Shown: positions 1 through 8,152 of the stretch, one piece after another
Layout: each line of letters opens with the position of its first letter
Position numbering within the stretch: the first letter of the stretch is position 1
Source: Kofleriaceae bacterium
GTDB lineage: Bacteria > Myxococcota_A > Polyangia > Haliangiales > Haliangiaceae
Direction: 5' to 3'
Assembly (NCBI GenBank): GCA_046597055.1
Contig: JBKJLC010000120.1
Span: 1-19,791, forward strand
DNA length: 19,791 nt
The notes under the pieces: generated by a model
Seen by the model: the letters and a program-made list of their open reading frames with translations, nothing else
What the model was told of the DNA's origin: nothing
Database searches by the model: none
Program-made: the position numbers and the translations under genes

Positions 1-2
1 GC

Positions 3-98
3 CGCGGCTTCCACACCCACGACGAGTACATCGAGCTGCCGACGCTGGCCCAGCGCACGCGCGCGCTGGTCCGGTTCCTGTGCGGGTGGCCGACGTGA
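3..98 (+). CDS. 3' end (partial) of a probable M20-family metallopeptidase (glutamate carboxypeptidase-like)
   Basis: Frame from position 3 reads [31 protein letters not shown] (TGA 96-98). GxHxxDEYI matches the C-terminal Zn-binding His motif of M20 peptidases. The stop overlaps the next GTG (GTGA at 95-98). Confidence 0.65.
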   Translation, partial: RGFHTHDEYIELPTLAQRTRALVRFLCGWPT

Positions 99-757
99 TC
101 GCGGCCGGCCGCATCCTCGCCGCCGGGCTGGTGCTCGGCGCGACCGTCACGTCCGCCGTGGCCCAGCCGAGCTCGCCGATCGGCGGGCTCACCCCGGCGT
201 GGGGGCCACCGCCGTCCGGTCACCAGACGATCGAGCGCCGCCACGAGCACGATTCGCTGATGATCCAGCTGCAGGCCGGGCCGGCCGCGCTCCGCTTCAC
301 CGGCGCGGGTGGCCAGCTCGAGTTCGAGGGTCGCGGCCTGGCGATCCACGCGGCGGTCGGCTCGAGCGTCGCGCCCGGGCTCATCGTGCACCTCGAGCTG
401 GCGCGGACCATGAGTTACCAGGCCGCGCTGCGGACCGGCGGCGTCATCACCGATGACGACGTGACCCTCGGGACCATCGCGGTCGGCGCCGGGCTGACCT
501 GGTACCTGATGCCGGCGAACGTCTACCTGGCGGGCTCGATCTCGATGATGCAGCTCGGGGTCCAGCCCCACGAGGGCGCGGCCGGCCACACCGACTACGG
601 CCCGAGCCTGGCCTTGGCGCTCGGCAAGGAGTGGTGGATGTCGCCGAGCTGGGGCGTCGGGCTGGCCGCGCGCGCGACCTACGGCGCGCTGCCCGCGGCG
701 GACGGCCCCTTCGAAGGCGGCGCGGCCGCGCTGGTGGTGTCGGCGACCTACGACTGA
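95..757 (+). CDS. Exported outer-membrane beta-barrel-like protein
   Basis: Within ORF 80..757; GTG at 95 chosen for the GTGA overlap. Signal peptide ([24 protein letters not shown]), Pro-rich linker, then alternating amphipathic strands ([38 protein letters not shown]) and a terminal strand VVSATYD. Confidence 0.7.
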   Translation: MIAAGRILAAGLVLGATVTSAVAQPSSPIGGLTPAWGPPPSGHQTIERRHEHDSLMIQLQAGPAALRFTGAGGQLEFEGRGLAIHAAVGSSVAPGLIVHLELARTMSYQAALRTGGVITDDDVTLGTIAVGAGLTWYLMPANVYLAGSISMMQLGVQPHEGAAGHTDYGPSLALALGKEWWMSPSWGVGLAARATYGALPAADGPFEGGAAALVVSATYD

Positions 758-798
758 CCGCGCGCGCTCAGGGGCAGAGCCGGCTCGCTGCGCTCGCC

Positions 799-2406
799 TC
801 AGGCGCGACCGCGCGGCAGGGCGCGCTCGATGTCGGCCACGCTGACCGGGTCGTCGCCGCCGCTCAGGATCACGCGCTCGATCACGTTGCGCAGCTCGCG
901 GACGTTGCCCGGCCACGAATGGTGCGCGAGCCGGGTGGCGGCCTCGCCCGAGAAGCCGCCGCGGCGCTGCCCAGTCTCGGCCGAAAGCTGGTAGAGGAAG
1001 CGCTCGGCGAGCCCGACCACGTCGGCACCGCGCTCGCGCAGCGGCGGCACCAGCACGACCTGCGACGCGAGCCGCCGGTACAGGTCCTCGCGCATCGCGC
1101 CCGCGCCCACCATGCTGGCGATGTCGTGGCACGACGACACGATCAGGCGGGCATCGAGCGGGATGCGCCCGCCCCCGGCCTTCTCGAGGTAACCGAGGTC
1201 GAGCGCGCGCGCGAGCTGCTTCTGGCAGCGCGGCGGCAGCGCGGCCAGCTCGTCGAGGAACACGGTGCCCCCGCGCGCGGCCTCGAGCTTGCCGGGCCGG
1301 CGCGACGCTCCGGGCGCCTCGTGGCCGAACAGCTCGCTCTCGAGCCAGGTCTCCGACAGCGCCGCGCACCGGATCGCCACGAACGGCCCGACCGAGCGCA
1401 CGCTGCGGCCGTGGATCGCGGCGGCGACCCGCTCCTTGCCGACGCCCGGCTCGCCGATCAGCAGGATCGGCTCGGGCCGGTGGGCCAGCCACGCGACCCA
1501 CTCGCGCAGGCGCGCCGACACCGCGCTGTCACCGTCGACCTCGACCGCCTCGGTCATCCGCTCGACGGTGACCCGGTCGCGACGGACGTGGGCGTTGATC
1601 GACGCGCCGATGATCCGCGCGGCCGCGGCCAGGAAGTCGAGCGCGGCGCGATCCCAGGCGATGCCGGTGCGATCGGCGATGATCAGCGACCGCACACCCT
1701 CGATCGTGAGCGGGGCCACCAGCGCGACCCGCTCGCCGTCGAACACCGCCAGGGCGCGACCGGTCTCGGCCACCTTCACCAGCAGCGCGCGGTTGACCTG
1801 GACCACGCCGATCGGCTGCTCGTCCTCGGCGCTCCGCCCGGCGAACACCGCGAAGCCCTGGCCGCGGTCGCCGTCGCTGTCGCGCAGGATCTGCACGCGG
1901 GTCGCGGCCAGCGCCTGCCCGACCAGGACCACGCCCAGATCGGCGGCCTGCACCGCGGAGGCGGTGCCGGGCAGCCCCTCGCCGAGCGCGGCCAGGGTCG
2001 CGACCGCGCGGCCGAGGAACGCCGGATCGGTCGGGCTCTGGCCGATCGATCTCGCGGCCTGCTCGGCGTCGACGTCGACCGCGACCGAGGTCTCGGCGCC
2101 GGTGCACACCACCTCGCCCTCGCTCACCACCTCGAGCGTCGAGCAGCCGATCTCGATCCGGTCACCGGTCGCCAGCGTGCGCAGGTCGACCGGCTCGCCG
2201 TTGACCTTGGTGCGGTTGGTGCTGCCGAGGTCGATCACCAGCGGCCGGCCGTCGCGGATGCCGATGCGAAAGTGCTCGCGGCTGACCGCGGCATCGCCGA
2301 GCCGCATCGCGCACGAGTCGCCGCGGCCGACCAGGCCGCCCTCGGGCGGGATCGGCAACACGCGACCACGATCAGGACCCCCGATGACCACGAGCCGAGC
2401 GGACAT
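799..2406 (-). CDS. FHA + GAF-like + sigma-54-interaction-type AAA+ protein (atypical enhancer-binding protein; no GAFTGA, no HTH)
   Basis: FHA motifs VGR, VSREH, DLGSTN. Walker [17 protein letters not shown], Walker [33 protein letters not shown] at 2406 chosen because the FHA domain starts there and TAGCAT lies 8 nt upstream. Confidence 0.9.
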   Translation of the reverse strand: MSARLVVIGGPDRGRVLPIPPEGGLVGRGDSCAMRLGDAAVSREHFRIGIRDGRPLVIDLGSTNRTKVNGEPVDLRTLATGDRIEIGCSTLEVVSEGEVVCTGAETSVAVDVDAEQAARSIGQSPTDPAFLGRAVATLAALGEGLPGTASAVQAADLGVVLVGQALAATRVQILRDSDGDRGQGFAVFAGRSAEDEQPIGVVQVNRALLVKVAETGRALAVFDGERVALVAPLTIEGVRSLIIADRTGIAWDRAALDFLAAAARIIGASINAHVRRDRVTVERMTEAVEVDGDSAVSARLREWVAWLAHRPEPILLIGEPGVGKERVAAAIHGRSVRSVGPFVAIRCAALSETWLESELFGHEAPGASRRPGKLEAARGGTVFLDELAALPPRCQKQLARALDLGYLEKAGGGRIPLDARLIVSSCHDIASMVGAGAMREDLYRRLASQVVLVPPLRERGADVVGLAERFLYQLSAETGQRRGGFSGEAATRLAHHSWPGNVRELRNVIERVILSGGDDPVSVADIERALPRGRA

Positions 2407-2414
2407 CGAGGTCG

Positions 2415-2420
2415 ATGCTA
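2415..2420 (-). promoter_or_regulatory. Putative -10 hexamer (TAGCAT) for the FHA-AAA+ gene
   Basis: The minus strand reads TAGCAT cgacctcg ATG (8-nt spacer) within the divergent intergenic region. Confidence 0.4.
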
Positions 2421-2477
2421 CCCCGCGGGCGTCGCCGGCGGTTGCCTGATCGACGGCCATCGCGCACGCTCGCGGCC

Positions 2478-3362
2478 ATGGTCACCTCGCCCAACTCCGC
2501 CGGCGCTGCCCCCGCCGAGCTCACCTACGTCGTCACCGGCGCCAACACCGGTATCGGCAAGGAGACCGCCCGCGTCCTCGCCCGCCAGGGCGCCCGGGTC
2601 GTGCTCGCGTGTCGGTCGGTCGAGAAGACCCGCGCGGTCATCGACGAGCTGCGCCAGGACACCGGGAGCGACCGGCTCGACAGCGTCGGCCTCGACCTCG
2701 CGGATCTGGCGTCGGTGCGCGCCTGTGCGAAGGCGCTGCTCGCGCGCGACCAGCCGATCCACGTGCTCGTCAACAATGCCGGCCTGGCCACCGTCCGCGG
2801 CGTCACCAAGGACGGCTTCGAGCTCGCGTTCGGGACCAACCACCTCGGTCACTACCTGCTGACCCGGCTGCTGCTCGACCGGCTGCGCGCGAGCGCCCGG
2901 CCCGGCGCGCCGGCCCGCATCGTCAACGTGTCGAGCGACGCGCACTACAGCGCGAAGGGCATCGACTGGAACGCGGTGCGCCTGCCGACCCGCACCGTGG
3001 TCGGCATGCACGAGTACGGGGTGTCGAAGCTCGCCAACGTGCTGTTCACCACCGAGCTGGCCCGTCGCCTGCCGCTCGACGAGGTCACCGCCTACGCGCT
3101 GCACCCGGGCGTGATCGCGAGCGACATCTGGTCGCGCCGCATGCCGCGGCCGGTGGCGTGGGTGATCACGCGCTTCATGAAGTCGACCACCGACGGCGCC
3201 CGGACCAGCGTGCACTGCGCGACCACGCCGGCGCTGGCCGGCGAGAGCGGCCGCTACTACGTGCGCGAGCGCGAGCAGCGCCCGAGCAAGGTCGCGCAGG
3301 ACACGACCCTGGCCCGCGAGCTGTGGGAGCGCAGCGCGGCCTGGACCGGGCTGGACGCGTGA
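2478..3362 (+). CDS. Short-chain dehydrogenase/reductase (retinol dehydrogenase/WWOX-like subgroup)
   Basis: TGANTGIG Rossmann motif, [22 protein letters not shown], catalytic YGVSK, LHPGVI. Start moved to ATG 2478. Confidence 0.93.
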   Translation: MVTSPNSAGAAPAELTYVVTGANTGIGKETARVLARQGARVVLACRSVEKTRAVIDELRQDTGSDRLDSVGLDLADLASVRACAKALLARDQPIHVLVNNAGLATVRGVTKDGFELAFGTNHLGHYLLTRLLLDRLRASARPGAPARIVNVSSDAHYSAKGIDWNAVRLPTRTVVGMHEYGVSKLANVLFTTELARRLPLDEVTAYALHPGVIASDIWSRRMPRPVAWVITRFMKSTTDGARTSVHCATTPALAGESGRYYVREREQRPSKVAQDTTLARELWERSAAWTGLDA

Positions 3363-3548
3363 GGCGACCGCGCCGGGATCACGCGCGCCGACGGGACCGT
3401 GCTCGATCTACACGACGGTGGCTCGATCGCGATCGGCCACCGTTCGCGGCGACCGGCGTGCGCCAGCGGGTCCCGGCGTGCGGGGCCGGCGGGCTGGCCG
3501 CGGCGATCGTCCTCGAGAGCGACCGCTGACGCGTGCTATGAGCAGGGC

Positions 3549-4520
3549 ATGCGCGCTGCCGTCACGTCGCTCGTCCTCGCCAGCCTCTGCCTCACGGCCA
3601 GCGCTGCCTGCAAACGCAGCGCGCCCGCCCCAGCCGGGGGCACCGGCACCGCCACCGCCACCGGCACGGCCGCAGCCGATCCCTGGGGCTCCACCCAGGA
3701 GGCCGGCGCGCCGGCGACCCGGATCCAGAAGCCGTTCCTGTATGCGGTGACCCGGGCCGAGACGCCGGCGGTCACCACCTACCTGTTCGGCACGATGCAT
3801 ATCGGCATCAACGGCGAGACCCAGCTGCCGCCGTGGGTGTGGACCAAGCTCGACGGCGCGCGGGCGTTTGCGATGGAGGCCGACGTCAGCGAGCCGGAGG
3901 TGATGAAGGCGCTGGCCCGCACCGACGGCGGCAGCCTCCAGGCCGAGCTCGGCGCCGAGCACTGGAAGAAGCTGAAGGAGGTCATCGGCGACCCGCTCGC
4001 CGAGGGCATGAACCACTTCAAGCCGTTCGCGGTGATGACCGTGCTGGCGACCAAGGACCTGCCGATGACGCCGCCGATGGACCAGGTGATGCACAAGCGG
4101 GCCAAGGACGCCGGCAAGCCGATCGTCTTCCTCGAGAGCGCGATGCGCCAGCTCGAGATCATCGACCCGTTCATGACCGCCGCCGACATCAAGGCGTATC
4201 TCGACAACCTGGCGTACGCGAAGACCCAGACCCTCGGCATGATCGAGATGTACGCCGACGGTGACGAGGTCGCGCTCGGCAAGCTGTTCGAGGACCAGAC
4301 CCTGTGGGTCGCGGCCGGCCGCGATCCGAAGACCTTCGCCGGCTACGTCGACGCGATCCTCGGCAACCGCAACGCCTCGTGGATCCCGGCGATCGAGCAG
4401 ATCCACGCCGAGGGCGGCGGCTTCGTCGCGGTCGGGGCCGGCCACCTGGTCGGGCCGCGCAGCGTCGTGCAGCTGATGGCCGACAAGGGCTACACCGTCA
4501 GCCGCGTCACCGGCCCCTGA
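3549..4520 (+). CDS. TraB/GumN (Tiki-like) family lipoprotein
   Basis: YLFGTMH, AMEAD, FLES, RNASWIP, FVAVGAGHLVG motifs. Signal peptide with lipobox-like ASAAC from ATG 3549, followed by an Ala/Thr/Gly linker. Confidence 0.88.
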   Translation: MRAAVTSLVLASLCLTASAACKRSAPAPAGGTGTATATGTAAADPWGSTQEAGAPATRIQKPFLYAVTRAETPAVTTYLFGTMHIGINGETQLPPWVWTKLDGARAFAMEADVSEPEVMKALARTDGGSLQAELGAEHWKKLKEVIGDPLAEGMNHFKPFAVMTVLATKDLPMTPPMDQVMHKRAKDAGKPIVFLESAMRQLEIIDPFMTAADIKAYLDNLAYAKTQTLGMIEMYADGDEVALGKLFEDQTLWVAAGRDPKTFAGYVDAILGNRNASWIPAIEQIHAEGGGFVAVGAGHLVGPRSVVQLMADKGYTVSRVTGP

Positions 4521-4549
4521 CCTCCGGCCGCGCGGCCCGGGCTGCGCGG

Positions 4550-5275
4550 TCAGGCGGCGGCGCTGCCGAACGCCCGGGTCAGGAAGTCGCCGGCGAGCTC
4601 GAGCACCGGCGGCGGGATCTCGTGGCCACCGGGGAACGGGACGAAGCCGACCGCGGCGCCGGCCTCGGCCAGGAAGCCGTGCAGTCGCTCGCCACCGGCG
4701 AACGACAGCAGCCCGTCCATGGTCCCGTGGGTCTGCAGCACCAGCCGGCCGGCGAGCGCGGCGGCGCGCGGCTTCCACTCGGCCTCGGCGATGATCACGC
4801 CCGACAGGACGATCAGCCCGGCCAGCGGGCGCGCGGTGGCCAGCGCGACGTCGACCGTGAGCATCGCGCCCTGCGAGAAGCCGCCGAGCACGGTCGCCGC
4901 GTCGCGACGCTGGTGGTCGCGCTCGAGCGCGGCGAGCAGGTCGCTGACCGCCGCGCGGGCGGCGGCCAGGCCGTCGGGGATCTCGGCGGCGCGATCGGCG
5001 CCGCGACCGCTGGCGAGGTCGCGCTCGATGCGCTCGAGGTCGAGCCGCCACCACGCGCGCGCGTCGCCGTAGGCGCCCCCGAGCTCGAGCAGCCCGGCCG
5101 GGAACACCCAGCGGGTGCCGGGGGGGGCGTCGATCCACGCGGCGAGCGCGACCAGATCGTCGCCACCGGCACCGAAGCCGTGCAGCAGGACGACCATCGG
5201 GCCGTCGCCCCCGCCGTCGTCGTCATCGCCGCCGGCGAGGACACAGTCGAGCCCGGCGATCCGCAGCGACTTCAT
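4550..5275 (-). CDS. Phospholipase/carboxylesterase (alpha/beta hydrolase, abhydrolase_2-like)
   Basis: LLHGFGA oxyanion region, RAWW, nucleophile GGFSQGAM, HGTMD (Asp) and GGHEI (His). ATG 5275 has TATGCT 7 nt upstream. Confidence 0.9.
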   Translation of the reverse strand: MKSLRIAGLDCVLAGGDDDDGGGDGPMVVLLHGFGAGGDDLVALAAWIDAPPGTRWVFPAGLLELGGAYGDARAWWRLDLERIERDLASGRGADRAAEIPDGLAAARAAVSDLLAALERDHQRRDAATVLGGFSQGAMLTVDVALATARPLAGLIVLSGVIIAEAEWKPRAAALAGRLVLQTHGTMDGLLSFAGGERLHGFLAEAGAAVGFVPFPGGHEIPPPVLELAGDFLTRAFGSAAA

Positions 5276-5282
5276 GCCGGCC

Positions 5283-5288
5283 AGCATA
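5283..5288 (-). promoter_or_regulatory. Putative -10 hexamer (TATGCT) for the carboxylesterase gene
   Basis: The minus strand reads TATGCT ggccggc ATG (7-nt spacer) within the divergent intergenic region. Confidence 0.45.
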
Positions 5289-5337
5289 CAACGCGAGCCG
5301 TGGTTGCGCCGAGGGCACCCGCGCGACAGGATGCGCT

Positions 5338-7107
5338 GTGCCCACGTCCGTCCCCCTCGCGCTCGTCGGTGTGCTCGGCGCCGCCGCTTGCTCCTCGTCC
5401 TCCGCCCCGCGGGCGACCACCCCGCTGGAAAAGCCGGCCGCCGCCGCGCCGGCCGCCGCCGCGGACGCCGCCAACGACGTGGTGATCGACAGCGGCCGGC
5501 TGGTGATCGCGCAGGCCGGCATGCCGGTGGGGCTCGAGCAGTTCGAGCTGCGCCGGCGCGGCGATGTGCGCGTGATGCGGGCCCAGGTCGAGATGAACGT
5601 GCTCGGCCAGCAGGTGAACGGTGGCAGCGAGCTGGTCACTGACGCCGGCTTCCGGCCGCTGCGCGGCACCTCGCGCCACGAGGTCGACACCGTCGTGGTC
5701 GCGGCCACGCTGTCCGGTGGACCGGACAAGCTGGCGCTGACCCTCACCACCAGCAGCCCGGGCTCGGCCGCCGGGCCCCAGGTCCGCGAGGAGCGCGCGC
5801 CCGGGCCGGTCGACGTCTACATCGACAACACGACGTTCGCGCGATTCGCGCCGCTGTGTGCACGCGCGGCCGACGCCCGCGGCCCCCTGATCGCGTTCCC
5901 GGGCGTGAAGATCACGATCGGCGAGGTCCGGACCAAGGGCGCGATCCGCACCTTGCCGGCCGACATCGGCGGCGAGATGGTGATCGACGTCCACTGCGAT
6001 GGCGCGCGCCTGGTCGGCGTCGACATGCCGTCGGTCGGGCTGACCACCACCCGCGAGGGCTCCGAAGCCGCGGTCGCCGCGGCGCGCCGGCCGCCGCGGT
6101 CGAAACCCGCGCTGCCCGACGGGCTGGTCGAGCTCGACCGCACGGTCGCGGTCAAGGCGAAGGGGATCGAGCCCGCGACGCTGGCGTGCGCGCTGGTGCT
6201 CCCGAGCTCGCACGCGAGCGTGAAGGTCCGCGGCCGCACGGGCCCGACCGCGGCGCTGCCCGCGGTGGTGTTCCTCACCGGCTCGGGCCCCCAGGATCGT
6301 GACGAGGACAGCTACGGTCCGGGCGGGCTCAAGCTCGCCATCTTCAAGGTGATGGCGATCGAGCTGGGCCAGGCCGGCATCGCCTCGCTCCGCTGCGACG
6401 ACCGCGGCACCGGTCGCTCGACCGGCACGCTGATGAAGACGACCCTCGACAGCAACGTCGCCGATGCGGCCGCCGCGGTCGCCGCCCTGCGCGCCGAGCC
6501 GGCGATCCATCCGGCGCAGATCGGCATGATCGGTCACTCGGAGGGCGGCGTGATCGCCCCGGTGGTCGCCGCCCGCGATCCCCGGCTGCGCGCGCTGGTC
6601 CTGATGGCCGCGACCGGGCGGCCGCTCGGCGCGGTGCTGCTCGAGCAGCTGCGCCTGGGCTTCGAGCGCAGCGGCAAGCCGGCCGACGAGCTCGAGCGCG
6701 ACCTGGCCACCGCGCGCGCGATCGTCGACGCCATCGCCGCCGGCAAGCCGCTGCCCGCAGGCCTGACCGAGGCCGAGGTCGCATCGTGGGAGACCAGCCG
6801 CCCGTGGATGCGATCGCACCTGCTGCACGACCCGGCCAAGGTCGCGGCCCGCCTCGGCCGGCTCGCCGTGCTGATCGCGTACGGCGAGGCCGACCGCCAG
6901 GTCGCGCGCGCCGACACCGACGCGCTCGCCACTGGCTTCGCCAAGGCGAAGAACCGGAAGGTCCAGACGAAGCTCTACCCGCGCCTCAATCACCTGTTCG
7001 CCCGCTCGACCACCGGCGACATCTCGGAGTACTCCGACCCCGATGCCGAGGTCGACCGCCGCTTCCTCGCCGACGTGGTGGCCTTTCTGAAGGCCGCGCT
7101 CTCGTGA
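5338..7107 (+). CDS. Lipoprotein alpha/beta hydrolase (esterase/peptidase-like) with a large N-terminal beta-rich domain
   Basis: Lipobox-like LGAAAC. C-terminal hydrolase with TGSGPQDRDE, LRCDDRGTGRS, GHSEGG, GEADRQV and LNHLF (Ser-Asp-His triad). Confidence 0.88.
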   Translation: MPTSVPLALVGVLGAAACSSSSAPRATTPLEKPAAAAPAAAADAANDVVIDSGRLVIAQAGMPVGLEQFELRRRGDVRVMRAQVEMNVLGQQVNGGSELVTDAGFRPLRGTSRHEVDTVVVAATLSGGPDKLALTLTTSSPGSAAGPQVREERAPGPVDVYIDNTTFARFAPLCARAADARGPLIAFPGVKITIGEVRTKGAIRTLPADIGGEMVIDVHCDGARLVGVDMPSVGLTTTREGSEAAVAAARRPPRSKPALPDGLVELDRTVAVKAKGIEPATLACALVLPSSHASVKVRGRTGPTAALPAVVFLTGSGPQDRDEDSYGPGGLKLAIFKVMAIELGQAGIASLRCDDRGTGRSTGTLMKTTLDSNVADAAAAVAALRAEPAIHPAQIGMIGHSEGGVIAPVVAARDPRLRALVLMAATGRPLGAVLLEQLRLGFERSGKPADELERDLATARAIVDAIAAGKPLPAGLTEAEVASWETSRPWMRSHLLHDPAKVAARLGRLAVLIAYGEADRQVARADTDALATGFAKAKNRKVQTKLYPRLNHLFARSTTGDISEYSDPDAEVDRRFLADVVAFLKAALS

Positions 7108-7168
7108 CTCGTTGCCGGCCATGTGGTCACGCCGGGCGATCGTCGCGCCGAGGCTGCGACGCCCGGGA

Positions 7169-7174
7169 TACACT
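7169..7174 (+). promoter_or_regulatory. Putative -10 hexamer (TACACT) for the small ORF/nucleotidyltransferase cassette
   Basis: TACACT cccaac ATG (6-nt spacer); no Shine-Dalgarno motif. Confidence 0.45.
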
Positions 7175-7180
7175 CCCAAC

Positions 7181-7438
7181 ATGGCGACCTGGTCGGTGAG
7201 CGAGCTGAGCTTCGCGGAGGCGGAAGCCGCCGATCGCGAACGGGCGGCGAAGCTAGGTCCGGGCGGTCGCGTCAGGCTGGTGCCGACCCTGCTGGCGGCC
7301 AGCCTCGCCACCCGTGGGATCCGTGAGCTACCAAGACTTCGCCGAGTTTATTCGTATCCTGCAGCGACATCGCGTGCGCTTCCTGGTGATCGGCGGATAC
7401 GCCGTCGCGTTCCACGGCCTCCCGCGCGCCACCGATGA
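7181..7438 (+). CDS. Small (85 aa) putative partner protein of the nucleotidyltransferase
   Basis: ATG 7181 in ORF 7112..7438: MATWSVSELSFAEAEAADRERAAKLGPGGRVRL...PRLRRVY. TACACT lies 6 nt upstream. The SFxEA..D..PRLxRV pattern resembles small ORFs I recall upstream of this nucleotidyltransferase type (not verified). Confidence 0.6.
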   Translation: MATWSVSELSFAEAEAADRERAAKLGPGGRVRLVPTLLAASLATRGIRELPRLRRVYSYPAATSRALPGDRRIRRRVPRPPARHR

Positions 7439-7787
7439 CGTCGACGTCCTGATCGACCGCAGCGAAGCGAACATCCGTCGCATCGAGCGAGCGTTGCTGG
7501 AGTTCGCGGGCACGGTGCCACGACCAGCGGCGCTGCGCCGGCGCGGCGGCGTGGTGCGAATCGGTGGCCCCATGGTGCACATCGACATCACCACGAAGAT
7601 CGACGGCATCAGTGCCTTCCAGCCGGTGTGGGACCGACGCGTTCGAGGTGACTTCCTTGGCGTTCCGGCGAGCTATGTCTCGGCCCGTGACCTGCTGAGG
7701 ACGAAGCGAGCCGCCAACCGGCCCAAGGACCAAGGCGACATCGCATTCCTGCGCGAGCTGCTCGCGGCGAAACGATCCCGGCGGTAG
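7323..7787 (+). CDS. Minimal nucleotidyltransferase (Pol-beta superfamily, DUF6036-like)
   Basis: YQDFAEFIRIL, FLVIGGYAVAFHGLPRATDDVDVLI (GG...DxD), third Asp in HIDI, and C-terminal DLLRTKRAANRPKDQGDI. Start is GTG 7323 or 7314. Confidence 0.88.
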   Translation: MSYQDFAEFIRILQRHRVRFLVIGGYAVAFHGLPRATDDVDVLIDRSEANIRRIERALLEFAGTVPRPAALRRRGGVVRIGGPMVHIDITTKIDGISAFQPVWDRRVRGDFLGVPASYVSARDLLRTKRAANRPKDQGDIAFLRELLAAKRSRR

Positions 7788-8152
7788 CGGGCTCGCCGAC
7801 CGGCGACCGCTCCCACGCGGCCGCGTTCGTTCGGTCGTACGGACTGATTCGAGCGCTCGCCCACGGGCGTGGATCTGGCTTGAATGCGGCTCGCCCGCGC
7901 GCCGTCGCGGCAATGGCCGCGGTGCTGCAGTCGCTCATCCAGTCGACGTTGATCCTGCCACGGTGCTGCCACGCGAGACGGTACACGCCGGGCGCGGCCG
8001 GGATAGGATGGGCGCCAGGTGGTCGAAAACCTGGCAAGCAGTCGTCGCTACTGGCGGCCCAGCGTGACCGGCAGTGGCCCTCGATCGCGGCGCCTTGCGC
8101 TCGCCGCCGTCCCACCGCGTCTGAACGACGCCATCTCGAAGGCGGTGCTCTA

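Noticed and set aside
2407..2477. Possible sigma-54 (-24/-12) promoter next to the bEBP-like gene
   Set aside because: TTGC occurs at 2442-2445, but there is no GG at the required spacing (2432-2433 is TC).
631..2862. Long 743-aa plus-strand ORF and similar long ORFs (5272..7311 -, 3408..5138 -, 15078..16799 +, 8150..9454 -)
   Set aside because: Antisense or alternate-frame shadows of well-supported genes. They are Arg/Ala/Gly-rich with no motifs, as expected in very high-GC DNA with few stop codons.
3549..4520. TraB name suggesting conjugation, and SpoIIM name (12214-13251) suggesting sporulation
   Set aside because: These are family labels only. No conjugation, mobile-element or sporulation genes are present in the window.
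7123..7326. 67-aa ORF ending in a GTGA overlap with the nucleotidyltransferase start
   Set aside because: The overlap is tidy, but the peptide is Gly/Arg-rich and unstructured. The alternative frame from ATG 7181 is more protein-like and has a well-placed -10 hexamer. Not fully excluded.
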